Source: Dehalococcoidia bacterium
GTDB taxonomy: Bacteria > Chloroflexota > Dehalococcoidia > Bin125
NCBI GenBank assembly: GCA_965237475.1
Contig: OZ250140.1
Location: 2,671,399-2,735,398, forward strand
Reading direction: 5' to 3'
DNA: 64,000 nucleotides
This document shows, one piece after another, positions 38,852 through 47,732 of the stretch. A program made the translations under genes and the position numbers. The first letter of the stretch is position 1, and the number at the start of each line of letters is the position of its first letter. The notes under the pieces are model-generated. The model saw only the letters and a list, made by a program, of their open reading frames with translations, did no database searches and was not told where the DNA came from.

Positions 38852-39781
38852 TCAGCCGCCGATCGTGGTGGCGCCCAGCGCCTCGACGACCCGCGCCAGC
38901 GCCTGCGTCCCATCGTCGCCAGCCCCCTGCGCCTGGAGTTGGTAATACAGCTGGTGCACCAGCGATGTGTTCGGCAGCGGCTGCAACACGTCGTCGGCCG
39001 CGTCCAGCGCCAGACGCAGGTCCTTCTGCATCAGCCGGATCATGAAGCCCGGCGCGAAGTCGCGCCCCACGATCCGCGGGCCGAGGATCGAGAGCTGCCA
39101 CGATCCGGCTGCGCCGGCGCTGATCGCGGCCAGCATGCGCTGCGGATCGACGCCCGACTTCTGCGCCAGCGCCAGCGCCTCGCAGACGCCCAGCAGCGCC
39201 CCGGCGATCGCGACCTGATTGCACAGCTTGACCGTCTGGCCGGCCCCGTTCGGCCCGCAGTGCGTGATCGTCCGGCCCATCGCTTCGAGGATCGGCCGGC
39301 AGCGCTCCAGCACCTCAGCCTCGCCCCCGACCATGATCGAGAGCGTCCCGGCCTTCGCGCCGGTGTCGCCGCCCGAGACCGGCGCGTCGAGCATCGCCAC
39401 GCCCTGCGCCCTCAGCTGCCCGGCGATCGAGCGCGTCACCGCCGGGCTGATCGTGCTCATGTCGACCACCACTGAGCCCGACGCCAACCCGCCGATCGCC
39501 GCGCGTTCGGCGTCGCCGTCCGGCCCATCGACCAGCACCTCCTGGACATCGCTGCTGTCGGTCACGATCGTCACCAGCACGTCCGACGCCTCGGCCACGG
39601 CTCGCGGCGACTCAGCCGCCAGCGCGCCCAGCTCGGTGCACGCGTCGACCCCGGCCTGGCTGCGATTCCAGACGGTCGGCACGATCCCCGAGCCGATCAG
39701 GTTGGCCACCATCGGCCGGCCCATGATCCCCAGGCCGATGAAGCCGACCCGCTGCTCGTTGGTTGTTCCGTTCGCTGCCAT
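38852..39781 (-). CDS. 3-hydroxyisobutyrate dehydrogenase / tartronate semialdehyde reductase family oxidoreductase
   Basis: GFIGLGIMG, DMSTISP, DAPVSGG, GQTVKLCNQ, KDL.LA. Confidence 0.93.
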   Translation of the reverse strand: MAANGTTNEQRVGFIGLGIMGRPMVANLIGSGIVPTVWNRSQAGVDACTELGALAAESPRAVAEASDVLVTIVTDSSDVQEVLVDGPDGDAERAAIGGLASGSVVVDMSTISPAVTRSIAGQLRAQGVAMLDAPVSGGDTGAKAGTLSIMVGGEAEVLERCRPILEAMGRTITHCGPNGAGQTVKLCNQVAIAGALLGVCEALALAQKSGVDPQRMLAAISAGAAGSWQLSILGPRIVGRDFAPGFMIRLMQKDLRLALDAADDVLQPLPNTSLVHQLYYQLQAQGAGDDGTQALARVVEALGATTIGG

Positions 39782-39846
39782 GACTCCCGCCTTCCGCCGC
39801 TGCTTACCGCGTCGCATCTCGCGATCGGCGGCTATGGTAGGCGCGA

Positions 39847-40146
39847 ATGCCCCTCTATCTCGCCACCGCGCACTGCAGCGACGGCGCGTTTGCTCGGCTC
39901 GGCCTCGCCGAGAGCATCGCCGCGATCGAACAGTCCGCGCGGATGACCGGAGGCCGCCTGATTGAGGCGCTGCTGCTCGACGCCGACGAGCTGGCGCTGA
40001 TCATCGAGACGCCCGATTCGCCATCGCTTGCGCGCATCCAGCTCGAGGCGCAGGATCTGGACATACAGATACGCGCGCGTCCCGCGCTGCCGCGCATCGA
40101 GGCCGAAGCGCTCGACCGCGCGCATCGAGAGCGGCGACCCGCCTGA
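39847..40146 (+). CDS. Small protein, divergent GYD-domain-like
   Basis: MP.Y...G...GG.L....I.E.PD layout; TATGGT -10 element 8 nt upstream. Confidence 0.5.
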   Translation: MPLYLATAHCSDGAFARLGLAESIAAIEQSARMTGGRLIEALLLDADELALIIETPDSPSLARIQLEAQDLDIQIRARPALPRIEAEALDRAHRERRPA

Positions 40147-40168
40147 ACAACCCGGACGGAGACAGCGC

Positions 40169-40363
40169 ATGACCACCGAATCGCGATGCGAAGAGATGCG
40201 CGCCGAGCGCGCGCGGCTCAACATCGAGGCCGACTCGATGCCCGGCCGGCTGCCGCCCGGGCCTGGCCAGCCAATCGGCCCCGGCAACCCGGAGCTGCGG
40301 CGCATCTACGACCGAATCAACGACTTGCGTAAAGAGCTTCTCGCGCTGGGCTGCACTCCGTAA
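40169..40363 (+). CDS. Hypothetical 64-aa protein
   Basis: GGAG ribosome-binding site before the ATG; helix, Pro/Gly loop, helix, with terminal cysteines. Confidence 0.6.
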   Translation: MTTESRCEEMRAERARLNIEADSMPGRLPPGPGQPIGPGNPELRRIYDRINDLRKELLALGCTP

Positions 40364-40369
40364 CGAGAG

Positions 40370-40398
40370 GTGACAGCCAGCCTCCGTCGCGCTACGAT
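40370..40398 (+). promoter_or_regulatory. Sigma70-type promoter for the riboswitch transcript
   Basis: GTGACA (40370-40375), 17-nt spacer, TACGAT (40393-40398). Confidence 0.7.
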
Positions 40399-40417
40399 GG
40401 CAACACAATTGAATATG

Positions 40418-40599
40418 AGGGCCGAATCCCCGCAGACTGACATCTGGGGGGAACGGGGGACCCAAACCCGTCGGCCGACCACCAGCCACCCAAATTGGCG
40501 CTGGCAGTCGGACGGCAAAGGGGTGAACGAAGCGCAAGCTTCGCGGCACACTTCCTCGTGCCGAACCCGACAGCTAACCCCGTAGGCGACCGAGGGAGA
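40418..40599 (+). ncRNA. Cyclic di-AMP (ydaO/yuaA) riboswitch aptamer
   Basis: Conserved blocks in order: GCCGAATCC, GGAACGGGGGACCCA, GGGGTGAA, CCGAACCCGACAGCTAACCCCGTAGGC; pseudoknot CTTCCTC/GAGGGAG. Confidence 0.92.
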
Positions 40600-40616
40600 T
40601 TCGCGTTTCGCCGGTC

Positions 40617-40649
40617 GCCAGCCGTTGTTTGTTCTGCGGCTGGCTTTTT
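40617..40649 (+). terminator. Intrinsic terminator of the riboswitch expression platform
   Basis: GCCAGCCG/CGGCTGGC stem plus TTTTT; overlapped by the competing hairpin GGCGACCG/CGGTCGCC (40585-40619). Confidence 0.8.
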
Positions 40650-40819
40650 GGTTGAAGCGCGATCGCACAGCTTGTGCATCGCCCCGTCGCTGCGGCCCAC
40701 CCAACTCACGGGAATCTCGTCGGTATACCCGACGTGATGGCCACAGGACGGGGTTTCTCGCTCGCTCCGTCCTGCCTCCTGGGCCGACCCGGGGCTTCGA
40801 AGCCCCGGGTTCGGTCTTT
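40650..40819 (+). ncRNA. Candidate structured small RNA read through from the riboswitch
   Basis: Four consecutive hairpins (40659-40682, 40718-40734, 40744-40774, 40782-40816) ending in TTT; no ORF with an RBS. Confidence 0.45.
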
Positions 40820-40877
40820 AACGACCGCGGTCACTGGCTGGAAGATCGTCGCGCGACCTTTGCGTCGTTCGCCCTAA

Positions 40878-41320
40878 GAATCCTCTGAACAACTCTCCCC
40901 CCCGCTCTGCGGGGACCTGCGCGTAAGTCCCACTGCTCCGACCTTCCCTGCCGGTTGCGGTGTAACGAGGTGACGGTGGGGAGCTTCCGCTATCTGGTGA
41001 GGGCGCGCCCGGAGCCCCCCTCTGCCTGCGGCATCTCCCCCCGCGGAGCGGGGGGAGAGGGGAAATGGAGACTACGCGCGGGTTTCCTCAGGGAGAGAGG
41101 TTGGGAAGGGAGCGCCTGATCCCAAATGCTCCCCCCGCGGGGGAGCTGTCGCGCAGCGACTGAGGAGGAGGCTCCCAGCTGCGTGAGCGGTGGCGATGCG
41201 CGCGGCCTCCCCCTCTGCCCCTGCGGGGCATCTCCCCCTCAGGGGGAGAGATTGGGAAGGGAGCGGATGCCGCTGAAGACATTGGGTGGTCAGCGGGGAT
41301 CCGACTTGTTCAGAGGATTC
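40878..41320. mobile_element. Composite MITE (443 bp) containing a nested MITE (40912-41086) and several palindromic repeats
   Basis: CTAA|GAATCCTCTGAACAA ... TTGTTCAGAGGATTC|CTAA: perfect 15-bp TIR and 4-bp duplication. Inner ends GGGACCTGCGCGTAAGTC ... TACGCGCGGGTTTC match the IS at 33865. Confidence 0.85.
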
Positions 41321-42115
41321 CTAACGGCCCACGAACGCCGGCTGACGCTTCGCCAGGAACGCCTTCGCGGCTTCCTTGTTGTCCTCGCCGGTGAAGGACA
41401 GCCCCACGTGCGCGCCTTCCTGGTAGAGCGAATCGGACAGGTTGTGGTTCGCGCCGAAGTTCAGCGTCCACTTCATCATCGCCAGCACCGATGTCGGGCC
41501 CTGCGCGATCTCACGGCAGAACTCCAACCCGCGCGGGATCAGCTCGTCGTGGGGCACGACCTGCGTCACGATCCCCAGCTCCTCCGCCTCGGCGGCGTCG
41601 ATCCGCCGGTCCAGCATCAGCAGCTCGCGGGCCTTGGTGATGCCGACCATGCGCTGCAGGAACCAGGCGCAGCCGTAGTCGCCCGACACGCCGATGTTGC
41701 GGAACGCCGTGACGAAGCGCGCGCGGTCCGACGCGACCCGGAAGTCGGTCGCGAGGCAGAGGCCCAGACCGCCGCCCGCCGCCGGACCGTTGACCAGCGC
41801 CACCGTCGGCGTGCCCATCTCGTGCAGCATCCCCGAGGTCTGCATCTGACTGCGGTGGCTCAGGCGGTTGCTGACGCCCGGCCCCGGCCGACGCCCGCCC
41901 GAGCGGCTCATATTGTTGATGTCGGCGCCCGCCGAGAAGCCGCGGCCCGCGCCGGTCAGCGCCACGCAGCGAATCTCCGAGTCGTCTTCACAGTCGACCA
42001 GTGCCTCCACCAGGCGCGGCAGCAGGTCCTCGCCGAACGCGTTCAGGCGCTCCGGCCGGTTGAGCGTGATCAGCGCGACGCCGTCGTCCCGCTTGTCGAG
42101 CATCACAGTTGTCAT
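41321..42115 (-). CDS. Enoyl-CoA hydratase/isomerase family protein
   Basis: LNRPERLNA, GRGFSAGAD, VNGPAAGGG, D.G..W.L.R.VG, AFLAKRQP.F.GR. Confidence 0.93.
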   Translation of the reverse strand: MTTVMLDKRDDGVALITLNRPERLNAFGEDLLPRLVEALVDCEDDSEIRCVALTGAGRGFSAGADINNMSRSGGRRPGPGVSNRLSHRSQMQTSGMLHEMGTPTVALVNGPAAGGGLGLCLATDFRVASDRARFVTAFRNIGVSGDYGCAWFLQRMVGITKARELLMLDRRIDAAEAEELGIVTQVVPHDELIPRGLEFCREIAQGPTSVLAMMKWTLNFGANHNLSDSLYQEGAHVGLSFTGEDNKEAAKAFLAKRQPAFVGR

Positions 42116-42191
42116 CGCGAGGTCGTCTTTCCGTTTCGCACAGCAGCACGAAGCGTAGCCGGGCAGTGCGCAGCGATACACTGCGCAGGCA

Positions 42192-42896
42192 ATGTGCGGC
42201 CGGTTCACGCTCACCGTCACCTCGCTGGAGATGTTTGCCCAGACTCAGCAGCTCGCCGCGCAGATTTTCGATCCCGTCCGCTACCGCCCTCGCTACAACA
42301 TCGCCCCGACCAACGAGCACGTGATCGTCCGCATCGAGGCCGAGGATTTCGCCGCCCAGAACGCAAAGTGGGGCCTGATCAACAGCTGGGCCAAAGACGC
42401 GAAGCGGGCCGGACGCCAGATCAACGCGCGTTGCGAGACACTCGGCTCGTCGCGCGTCTGGAAGCCCGCCTTCCAGACGCGCCGCTGCGCCATCCCGGCG
42501 GACGGCTGGTTCGAGTGGACCGGCCCCAAAAACAAACGCCAGCCGCACTGGATTCACCGGCCCGACGCTGAGCCCTTCCTGTTCGCCGGCCTCTACGAAC
42601 GCTGGACCCCGCGCGATGGCGGCGACGCAGCTACGCCGATCACGACCTTCACGATCATCACCACCGACGCCAACGAGCAGCTCGCATCGATTCACAATCG
42701 CATGCCCGTGGTGCTGCCCAACGACCGGCTGGAGGCCTGGCTCGATCCCCGCGTCACGGATCTCGAGCGGCTGCAACCGCTACTGCAGTCCGCGCCCGAC
42801 GACGCATTCGTGAGCCTCGCGGTCTCGCCGCGCGTGAACTCGGTGCGCAACGACGACCCTGAGCTGCTTGCTCCGCAGGAACAGCTTTCTTTCTGA
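42192..42896 (+). CDS. SOS response-associated peptidase (SRAP/YedK/HMCES) abasic-site protection protein
   Basis: MCGRF, RYNIAPT, WGL, INAR.ET, RC.IPADG..EW, H.RMPV. Confidence 0.95.
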   Translation: MCGRFTLTVTSLEMFAQTQQLAAQIFDPVRYRPRYNIAPTNEHVIVRIEAEDFAAQNAKWGLINSWAKDAKRAGRQINARCETLGSSRVWKPAFQTRRCAIPADGWFEWTGPKNKRQPHWIHRPDAEPFLFAGLYERWTPRDGGDAATPITTFTIITTDANEQLASIHNRMPVVLPNDRLEAWLDPRVTDLERLQPLLQSAPDDAFVSLAVSPRVNSVRNDDPELLAPQEQLSF

Positions 42897-42922
42897 GTCT
42901 GCGGTTAAGTCTGAGAGGCCCC

Positions 42923-43462
42923 ATGTTCACCGAGATCGACGCCTTCCTGCGCTATTTCCGCTCGGTCAATCGTCGCGCCGTGCGCGATGTCACGGCGCTG
43001 CCGCCGGAGGCCGACGGCTGGACGCCGACCGGCGGTGAGGGCGAACTGGTCGGTGAGGGGGCCTGGTCGATCAACAAGCTGATCGGGCACATGTGCGGCT
43101 CGCGGTTGTATTTCGCCAGCGCCTACCGGCGCGAGGGCTGGATCTCGCCCGAGCCGCCGGACGTGAGCCGCGCCGAACTCTGGGCGCCTGCGCTCGACGA
43201 CAGCTTCGGGCGCTTCTCCGAGCTGGTCACAGAGGTCGGACCCGAAGGCCTGAAGCGCCAGGTCCCGATGATCGACACCCCCGACGGCTCGCTGAGCGGC
43301 TGGCGCTTGCTGATGATGATGCTGGAGCACGACATTCATCACCGCAGCCAGATCGACACCTACGCCGGGCTCAACGGCTGGGACCCGCCGGACATCTATT
43401 TCCGCAGCGCCGAATCGATCGCCGAGCTACAGGACGCGCAGCGCGCCAAGTACCGCGGATGA
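42923..43462 (+). CDS. DinB family protein
   Basis: WS....GH and EHDIHHRSQI..Y. Confidence 0.85.
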   Translation: MFTEIDAFLRYFRSVNRRAVRDVTALPPEADGWTPTGGEGELVGEGAWSINKLIGHMCGSRLYFASAYRREGWISPEPPDVSRAELWAPALDDSFGRFSELVTEVGPEGLKRQVPMIDTPDGSLSGWRLLMMMLEHDIHHRSQIDTYAGLNGWDPPDIYFRSAESIAELQDAQRAKYRG

Positions 43463-44415
43463 CGCCACCGACACTGGACGATGTCCGCCGCGCGGCTGAG
43501 ATCATCGCTGCGCATCTTGCGCTGCCCACTCCGCTGGTGCACAGCGTCGCGCTGTCCGAGCGTTGGGATGCGGATGTCTCACTGAAGCTCGAGTGCGTCA
43601 CGCCGACCAGCGCCTTCAAAGTCCGCGGCGGCGTCCATCTGGTCAGCAGGCTTAGCGCGGACGAGCTGAACCGCGGGCTCGTGACCTCCTCGACCGGCAA
43701 CCACGGGCAGTCGATCGCCTTCGCCGCCGCCTCGGTGGGGGCGAAGGCGACGGTCTTCATGCCGACCGACGCCAACGTCGACAAGATCGCGGCGATCGAG
43801 CGCCTCGGGGGCACGGTCGAGCTGGTCGGCGAGCGCTTCGATGAGGCGCGCGTGCGCGCCGAGGAGTTCGCCGCCGAGCGCGGCGCCCGCTACGTCGAGC
43901 CCGTCGAGGAGCCGTTGTTGATCGCGGGCGTCGCCAGCGCCGCGTTGGAGGTGCTCGAAGGCCAACAGCCTGAGACCGAGCTGATCATCCTCCCGCTCGG
44001 CGGCGGCACCGGCGCCTCGGGCTGGGTCACTGTCCGCGACGGCCTGCAACATCCCGCGGAAATCTGGGCGGCTCAATCCGCTCAGTCGCCCGCCGCGCAC
44101 GACGCCTGGCGCTCCGGTGAAATGCAGACGCGGCCCAACACCAGCCTCGCCGAAGGCATCGCGACGGCCGTCCCGTTCCCGTTCGCGCTCAGCATCCTGC
44201 GCGCGACGCTCGATGACTTTGTGCTCGTCGATGACGCTCAGATCATCGAGGCGATCCGACTGCTCTGGGACGCGCAACACGTCATGGCCGAGCCCGCCGG
44301 CGCGGTCGGCATCGCCGCCGCCGAGCAGGAGCGGGAACGTGTTCGGGGCAAGCGGGTCGTGGTCGTGATCACCGGCGCCAACGCCACCCGCGCCCAGCTG
44401 CGGGAGTGGCTCTAA
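43459..44415 (+). CDS. Threonine/serine dehydratase family PLP enzyme
   Basis: KLE...PT.AFKVRG, STGNHGQS, P.GGG.G, EPAGA, TGAN. Confidence 0.92.
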   Translation: MTPPTLDDVRRAAEIIAAHLALPTPLVHSVALSERWDADVSLKLECVTPTSAFKVRGGVHLVSRLSADELNRGLVTSSTGNHGQSIAFAAASVGAKATVFMPTDANVDKIAAIERLGGTVELVGERFDEARVRAEEFAAERGARYVEPVEEPLLIAGVASAALEVLEGQQPETELIILPLGGGTGASGWVTVRDGLQHPAEIWAAQSAQSPAAHDAWRSGEMQTRPNTSLAEGIATAVPFPFALSILRATLDDFVLVDDAQIIEAIRLLWDAQHVMAEPAGAVGIAAAEQERERVRGKRVVVVITGANATRAQLREWL

Positions 44416-44434
44416 GCGCGGCTCAGGTGGGTGA

Positions 44435-44728
44435 TCAGTCGCCGGCGAACTCGTTGATTCGGGCGGCCAGCACGAAGTCGAAGTCGGTGATCCCGCCGGC
44501 GTCGTGGGTGTTCAGCGCGATGTTGACCGTGTTGTAGACGTTCGACCAGTTGGGATGGTGGTCGAGCTTCTCGGCGACCAGCGCCACCGACGACATGAAG
44601 CCGAAGGCGGCTACAAAGTCGCCAAACCCGAACGTGCGCTGCAGCGATCCCTCGGCGTGCGACCACCCGGGGATCTCGGCGAGGCGCCCCGCGACCTCTG
44701 CATCGTCCAGCTTGCGTCGCTCCGGCAT
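44435..44728 (-). CDS. Pterin-4-alpha-carbinolamine dehydratase
   Basis: [15 protein letters not shown]...[13 protein letters not shown]. Confidence 0.93.
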   Translation of the reverse strand: MPERRKLDDAEVAGRLAEIPGWSHAEGSLQRTFGFGDFVAAFGFMSSVALVAEKLDHHPNWSNVYNTVNIALNTHDAGGITDFDFVLAARINEFAGD

Positions 44729-44788
44729 GATCAGGCCTCCCCGTTCGCTCTGCTCGCGTGCGAGTATACGAGCGATGGGGGCTCCACC

Positions 44789-45223
44789 ATGACCACCCTC
44801 GACGATGTCAGCGAGCTGCTCGGCGAGAGTCGCTCGGGGCACCTCGCCACCGCCTCGATTGAGGCCGACCCGCACCTGATTCCCGTCGTCTATGCCCTCC
44901 ACGACGACGCGATCTGGATCGCGATCGACGAGAAGCCGAAGACCACGCTGCGCCTGCGGCGGCTGCGCAACATCGAGGAGAACCCCCGCTTCGCGCTGCT
45001 CGTCGACCACTACTCCGACGACTGGTCGCAGCTCTGGTGGGTCCTACTGCGCGGCCCGGCCGAAGTCTGGTGGCCGCAGACCTGGGACGCCGCTGCCGCT
45101 GAGGCCGCGATCGCCGCGCTGCGGGCCCGCTACCCGCAGTACGAGGAGATGGCGCTGGAGGAGCGTCCGCTGCTGCGGCTGACGGCGGAGCGGGTGACGC
45201 GCTGGTCGGCGACTCGCGATTGA
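44789..45223 (+). CDS. PPOX-class F420-dependent oxidoreductase (Rv0121-like)
   Basis: PHL.PV, D.KPK....L.RLRNI..NP, DHYSDDW..LWWV. Confidence 0.9.
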   Translation: MTTLDDVSELLGESRSGHLATASIEADPHLIPVVYALHDDAIWIAIDEKPKTTLRLRRLRNIEENPRFALLVDHYSDDWSQLWWVLLRGPAEVWWPQTWDAAAAEAAIAALRARYPQYEEMALEERPLLRLTAERVTRWSATRD

Positions 45224-45241
45224 CGCCGCAGCCATTCGCGC

Positions 45242-46039
45242 TCAGACCTTGGACCAGTCGTGCCCCATGACCTCGTCCCAGCGCGGGTCGAAGCCCGTCC
45301 AGCCGCCGTCAACCACCAGCTTCTGACCGGTAATCAGGCTTGATGCATCGGAGGCCAGAAAGAGTGCCGCCTGTGCGATGTCGATCCGCTCCCCCGCCCG
45401 CCCCATCGGCTGCAGCGACGCCCAGCGCTGCCGCGTCTGCTCAAGCTGTTCATCGGTGCGCGCACCCTGACCCGTCACAATGGTGCCCGGACAGATGCAG
45501 TTGATCCGGATCCCCTTCGACGCCCACTCGCCCGCCGCCGCCTGCACCATCGCAATCACCGCCCCTTTCGAGGCGGCGTAGGCCGCGACCCCCGGCACCC
45601 CGACCAGACCGGCGATCGATGCCGTCACGATGATGGAACCGCCGCCTGCGCGTTCGAGGTGGGGGATGCCGTACTTCATGCCCAACCAGACGCCGCGGAT
45701 GTTGACGGCGGTGACGAGGTCGTAGGTGGCTTCGGGGCAGTCGCGGACGTTGCCTTCGTCGCCGCCGACGCCGGCGTTGTTGTAGATGACGTCGATGCGT
45801 CCCCAGCGCTCGACGGCGGCGTGGAACATGGCCTGGACGTCTTCGCCGTGACGGATGTCAGTCTCGATGAAGGCGGCGCGGGATCCGATGTCCTGGGCGA
45901 CCCATTCGCCGCGCTCTGTGTTGCGGTCGGCGATGAGGACGTTGGCTCCTTCGGCGGCGAAGAGTCGGGCGGCGGCTTCGCCGATCCCGGAAGCGGCTCC
46001 GGTGACGACGGCGGTCTTGCCTGCGAGTCGGTCTGCCAT
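45242..46039 (-). CDS. Short-chain dehydrogenase/reductase, paralogue 3
   Basis: TGAASGIG, NNAG, YAASK, VDGG. Confidence 0.95.
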   Translation of the reverse strand: MADRLAGKTAVVTGAASGIGEAAARLFAAEGANVLIADRNTERGEWVAQDIGSRAAFIETDIRHGEDVQAMFHAAVERWGRIDVIYNNAGVGGDEGNVRDCPEATYDLVTAVNIRGVWLGMKYGIPHLERAGGGSIIVTASIAGLVGVPGVAAYAASKGAVIAMVQAAAGEWASKGIRINCICPGTIVTGQGARTDEQLEQTRQRWASLQPMGRAGERIDIAQAALFLASDASSLITGQKLVVDGGWTGFDPRWDEVMGHDWSKV

Positions 46040-46054
46040 GCTGCTACCCCTTGC

Positions 46055-46861
46055 TCAGGCCGGAGCGCGGCCTGTGAAATCCTCCCAGCGGCGGTCGATC
46101 GCGGTCCAGCCACCGTCGACGACGATCGCCTGGCCGGTGACGAAGCTGGACTCGTCGGACGCGAGCCAGAGTACGGTCTGTGCGATATCGAGGCTCTCGC
46201 CACCGCGGCCGAGCGGCGTGACCGCGGCGCCGCTCGCGCGACGCCGGTCGACGTCGGCCCGATCCTGCTCGCCTTCGCTGTCGTCACGAAGCCGGGTGGC
46301 GATCGAGCCGGGGCAGACGCAGTTGATCCGGATGCCCTTCGCTGCCCACTCACCGGCGGCGGCGCGGGTCAGGGCGATCACGCCGCCCTTGGAGGCGCAG
46401 TAGGCGCTCGCGCCGGCGAGGCCGCTGATGCCCGCGATCGAGGCGGTCGAGATGATCGAGCCGCCGCCGGCCGCTTCGAGGTGAGGAATCGCGTACTTCA
46501 TGCCCAGCCAGACGCCGCGCAGGTTGATCGCCATGATCTCGTCGAAGAGCGACTCGGGGCAGTCGCGCACGGTGCCCTCGATGGCGGCGATGCCGGCGTT
46601 GTTGTAGACGATGTCGATCCGGCCCCAGCGTTCAGCGGCAGCGGAGAACATTGCCTGGACGTCTTCGCCCTGGCTGACGTCGCCGACGAATGGCGCCGCC
46701 TGGGCGCCGATGCCGGCGGCGATCCGCTCGGCACGCTCCTGCCAGCGGTCGGCGACGAGCACGTTGGCGCCCTCTTCGGCAAAGAGTTCGGCGGCGGCGC
46801 GGCCCAAACCGGAGCCGGCGCCGGTGATCACTGCGGTCTTGCCTGTCAGACGGTCGGTCAT
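46055..46861 (-). CDS. Short-chain dehydrogenase/reductase, paralogue 2
   Basis: TGAGSGLG, NNAG, YCASK, VDGG. Confidence 0.95.
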   Translation of the reverse strand: MTDRLTGKTAVITGAGSGLGRAAAELFAEEGANVLVADRWQERAERIAAGIGAQAAPFVGDVSQGEDVQAMFSAAAERWGRIDIVYNNAGIAAIEGTVRDCPESLFDEIMAINLRGVWLGMKYAIPHLEAAGGGSIISTASIAGISGLAGASAYCASKGGVIALTRAAAGEWAAKGIRINCVCPGSIATRLRDDSEGEQDRADVDRRRASGAAVTPLGRGGESLDIAQTVLWLASDESSFVTGQAIVVDGGWTAIDRRWEDFTGRAPA

Positions 46862-46870
46862 GTTGTCCTC

Positions 46871-47677
46871 CTAGCTGAAGTCTCGGCCGGTCAGGTTTCC
46901 GAAGCGCGCGTCGACGCCCGTCCAGCCGCCGTCGACGACGATTGCCTGGCCGGTTACGAAGGTCGATTCAGCGGAGGCGAGCCAGAGCGCGGCGTTGGCG
47001 ATGTCGCGCCCCTCGCCGCTGCGGCCCAGCGGAGTGATCACCGCGCCGCGGGCGCGGCGCCGGTCGAGCTGGGCCGGGTCCTGCGGACCCTGGCTATTGT
47101 CGCCGATCCGGGTCGCGATCACGCCCGGGCAGATGCAGTTGATCCGAATGCCGGCCGACGCCCATTCACCCGCCGCCGCCCGGGTCAGCGCGATCACGCC
47201 GCCCTTGGATGCGCAGTAGGCGGCGATTCCGGAGAGGCCGGATAGTCCAGCGACCGACGCGGTCGAGATGATCGAGCCACCGCCGGCGGCCTCGAGGTAG
47301 GGGATGCTGTACTTGATGCCCAGCCAGACGCCGCGGAGGTTGACCGCGATGATTTCGTCGAAGACGGATTCGGGGCAGTCGCGCACGTTGTCTTCGGGCC
47401 CGCCGAGGCCCGCGTTGTTGTAGACGATGTCGATTTGGCCCCAGCGCTCCGCCGCGGCGCTGAACATCGCCTGCACATCCTCGCCCTGGGAGACATCGCC
47501 GACGAAGGCGGTGGCCTGTGCGCCGATGCCGGCGGCGACGCGCTCGGCGCGCTCTTCCCAGCGGTCGACGATGAGCACGTTGGCGCCCTCGGCGGCGAAG
47601 AGTTCGGCCGTGGCCTGGCCCATGCCTGATCCAGAGCCGGTGATCACCGCGGTTTTGCCGGCCAGTCGGTCAGCCAT
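46871..47677 (-). CDS. Short-chain dehydrogenase/reductase, paralogue 1
   Basis: TGSGSGMG, NNAG, YCASK, VDGG. Confidence 0.95.
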   Translation of the reverse strand: MADRLAGKTAVITGSGSGMGQATAELFAAEGANVLIVDRWEERAERVAAGIGAQATAFVGDVSQGEDVQAMFSAAAERWGQIDIVYNNAGLGGPEDNVRDCPESVFDEIIAVNLRGVWLGIKYSIPYLEAAGGGSIISTASVAGLSGLSGIAAYCASKGGVIALTRAAAGEWASAGIRINCICPGVIATRIGDNSQGPQDPAQLDRRRARGAVITPLGRSGEGRDIANAALWLASAESTFVTGQAIVVDGGWTGVDARFGNLTGRDFS

Positions 47678-47732
47678 GTTGATTCCCTTCAGCTCCGCCC
47701 GAAGGCTAAGGCCCGCGTCGGTGGTGCGTATC

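Noticed and set aside
40640-40840. Resemblance to raiA-motif RNA (TGGTTGAA ... GACC..GGTCA)
   Set aside because: Only two short words match; the conserved core I recall is absent. A covariance-model search is needed.
40674-40877. 67-aa ORF as the riboswitch target
   Set aside because: No Shine-Dalgarno, it runs through strong hairpins, its composition is not protein-like, and its stop coincides with the MITE target site. Not fully excluded.
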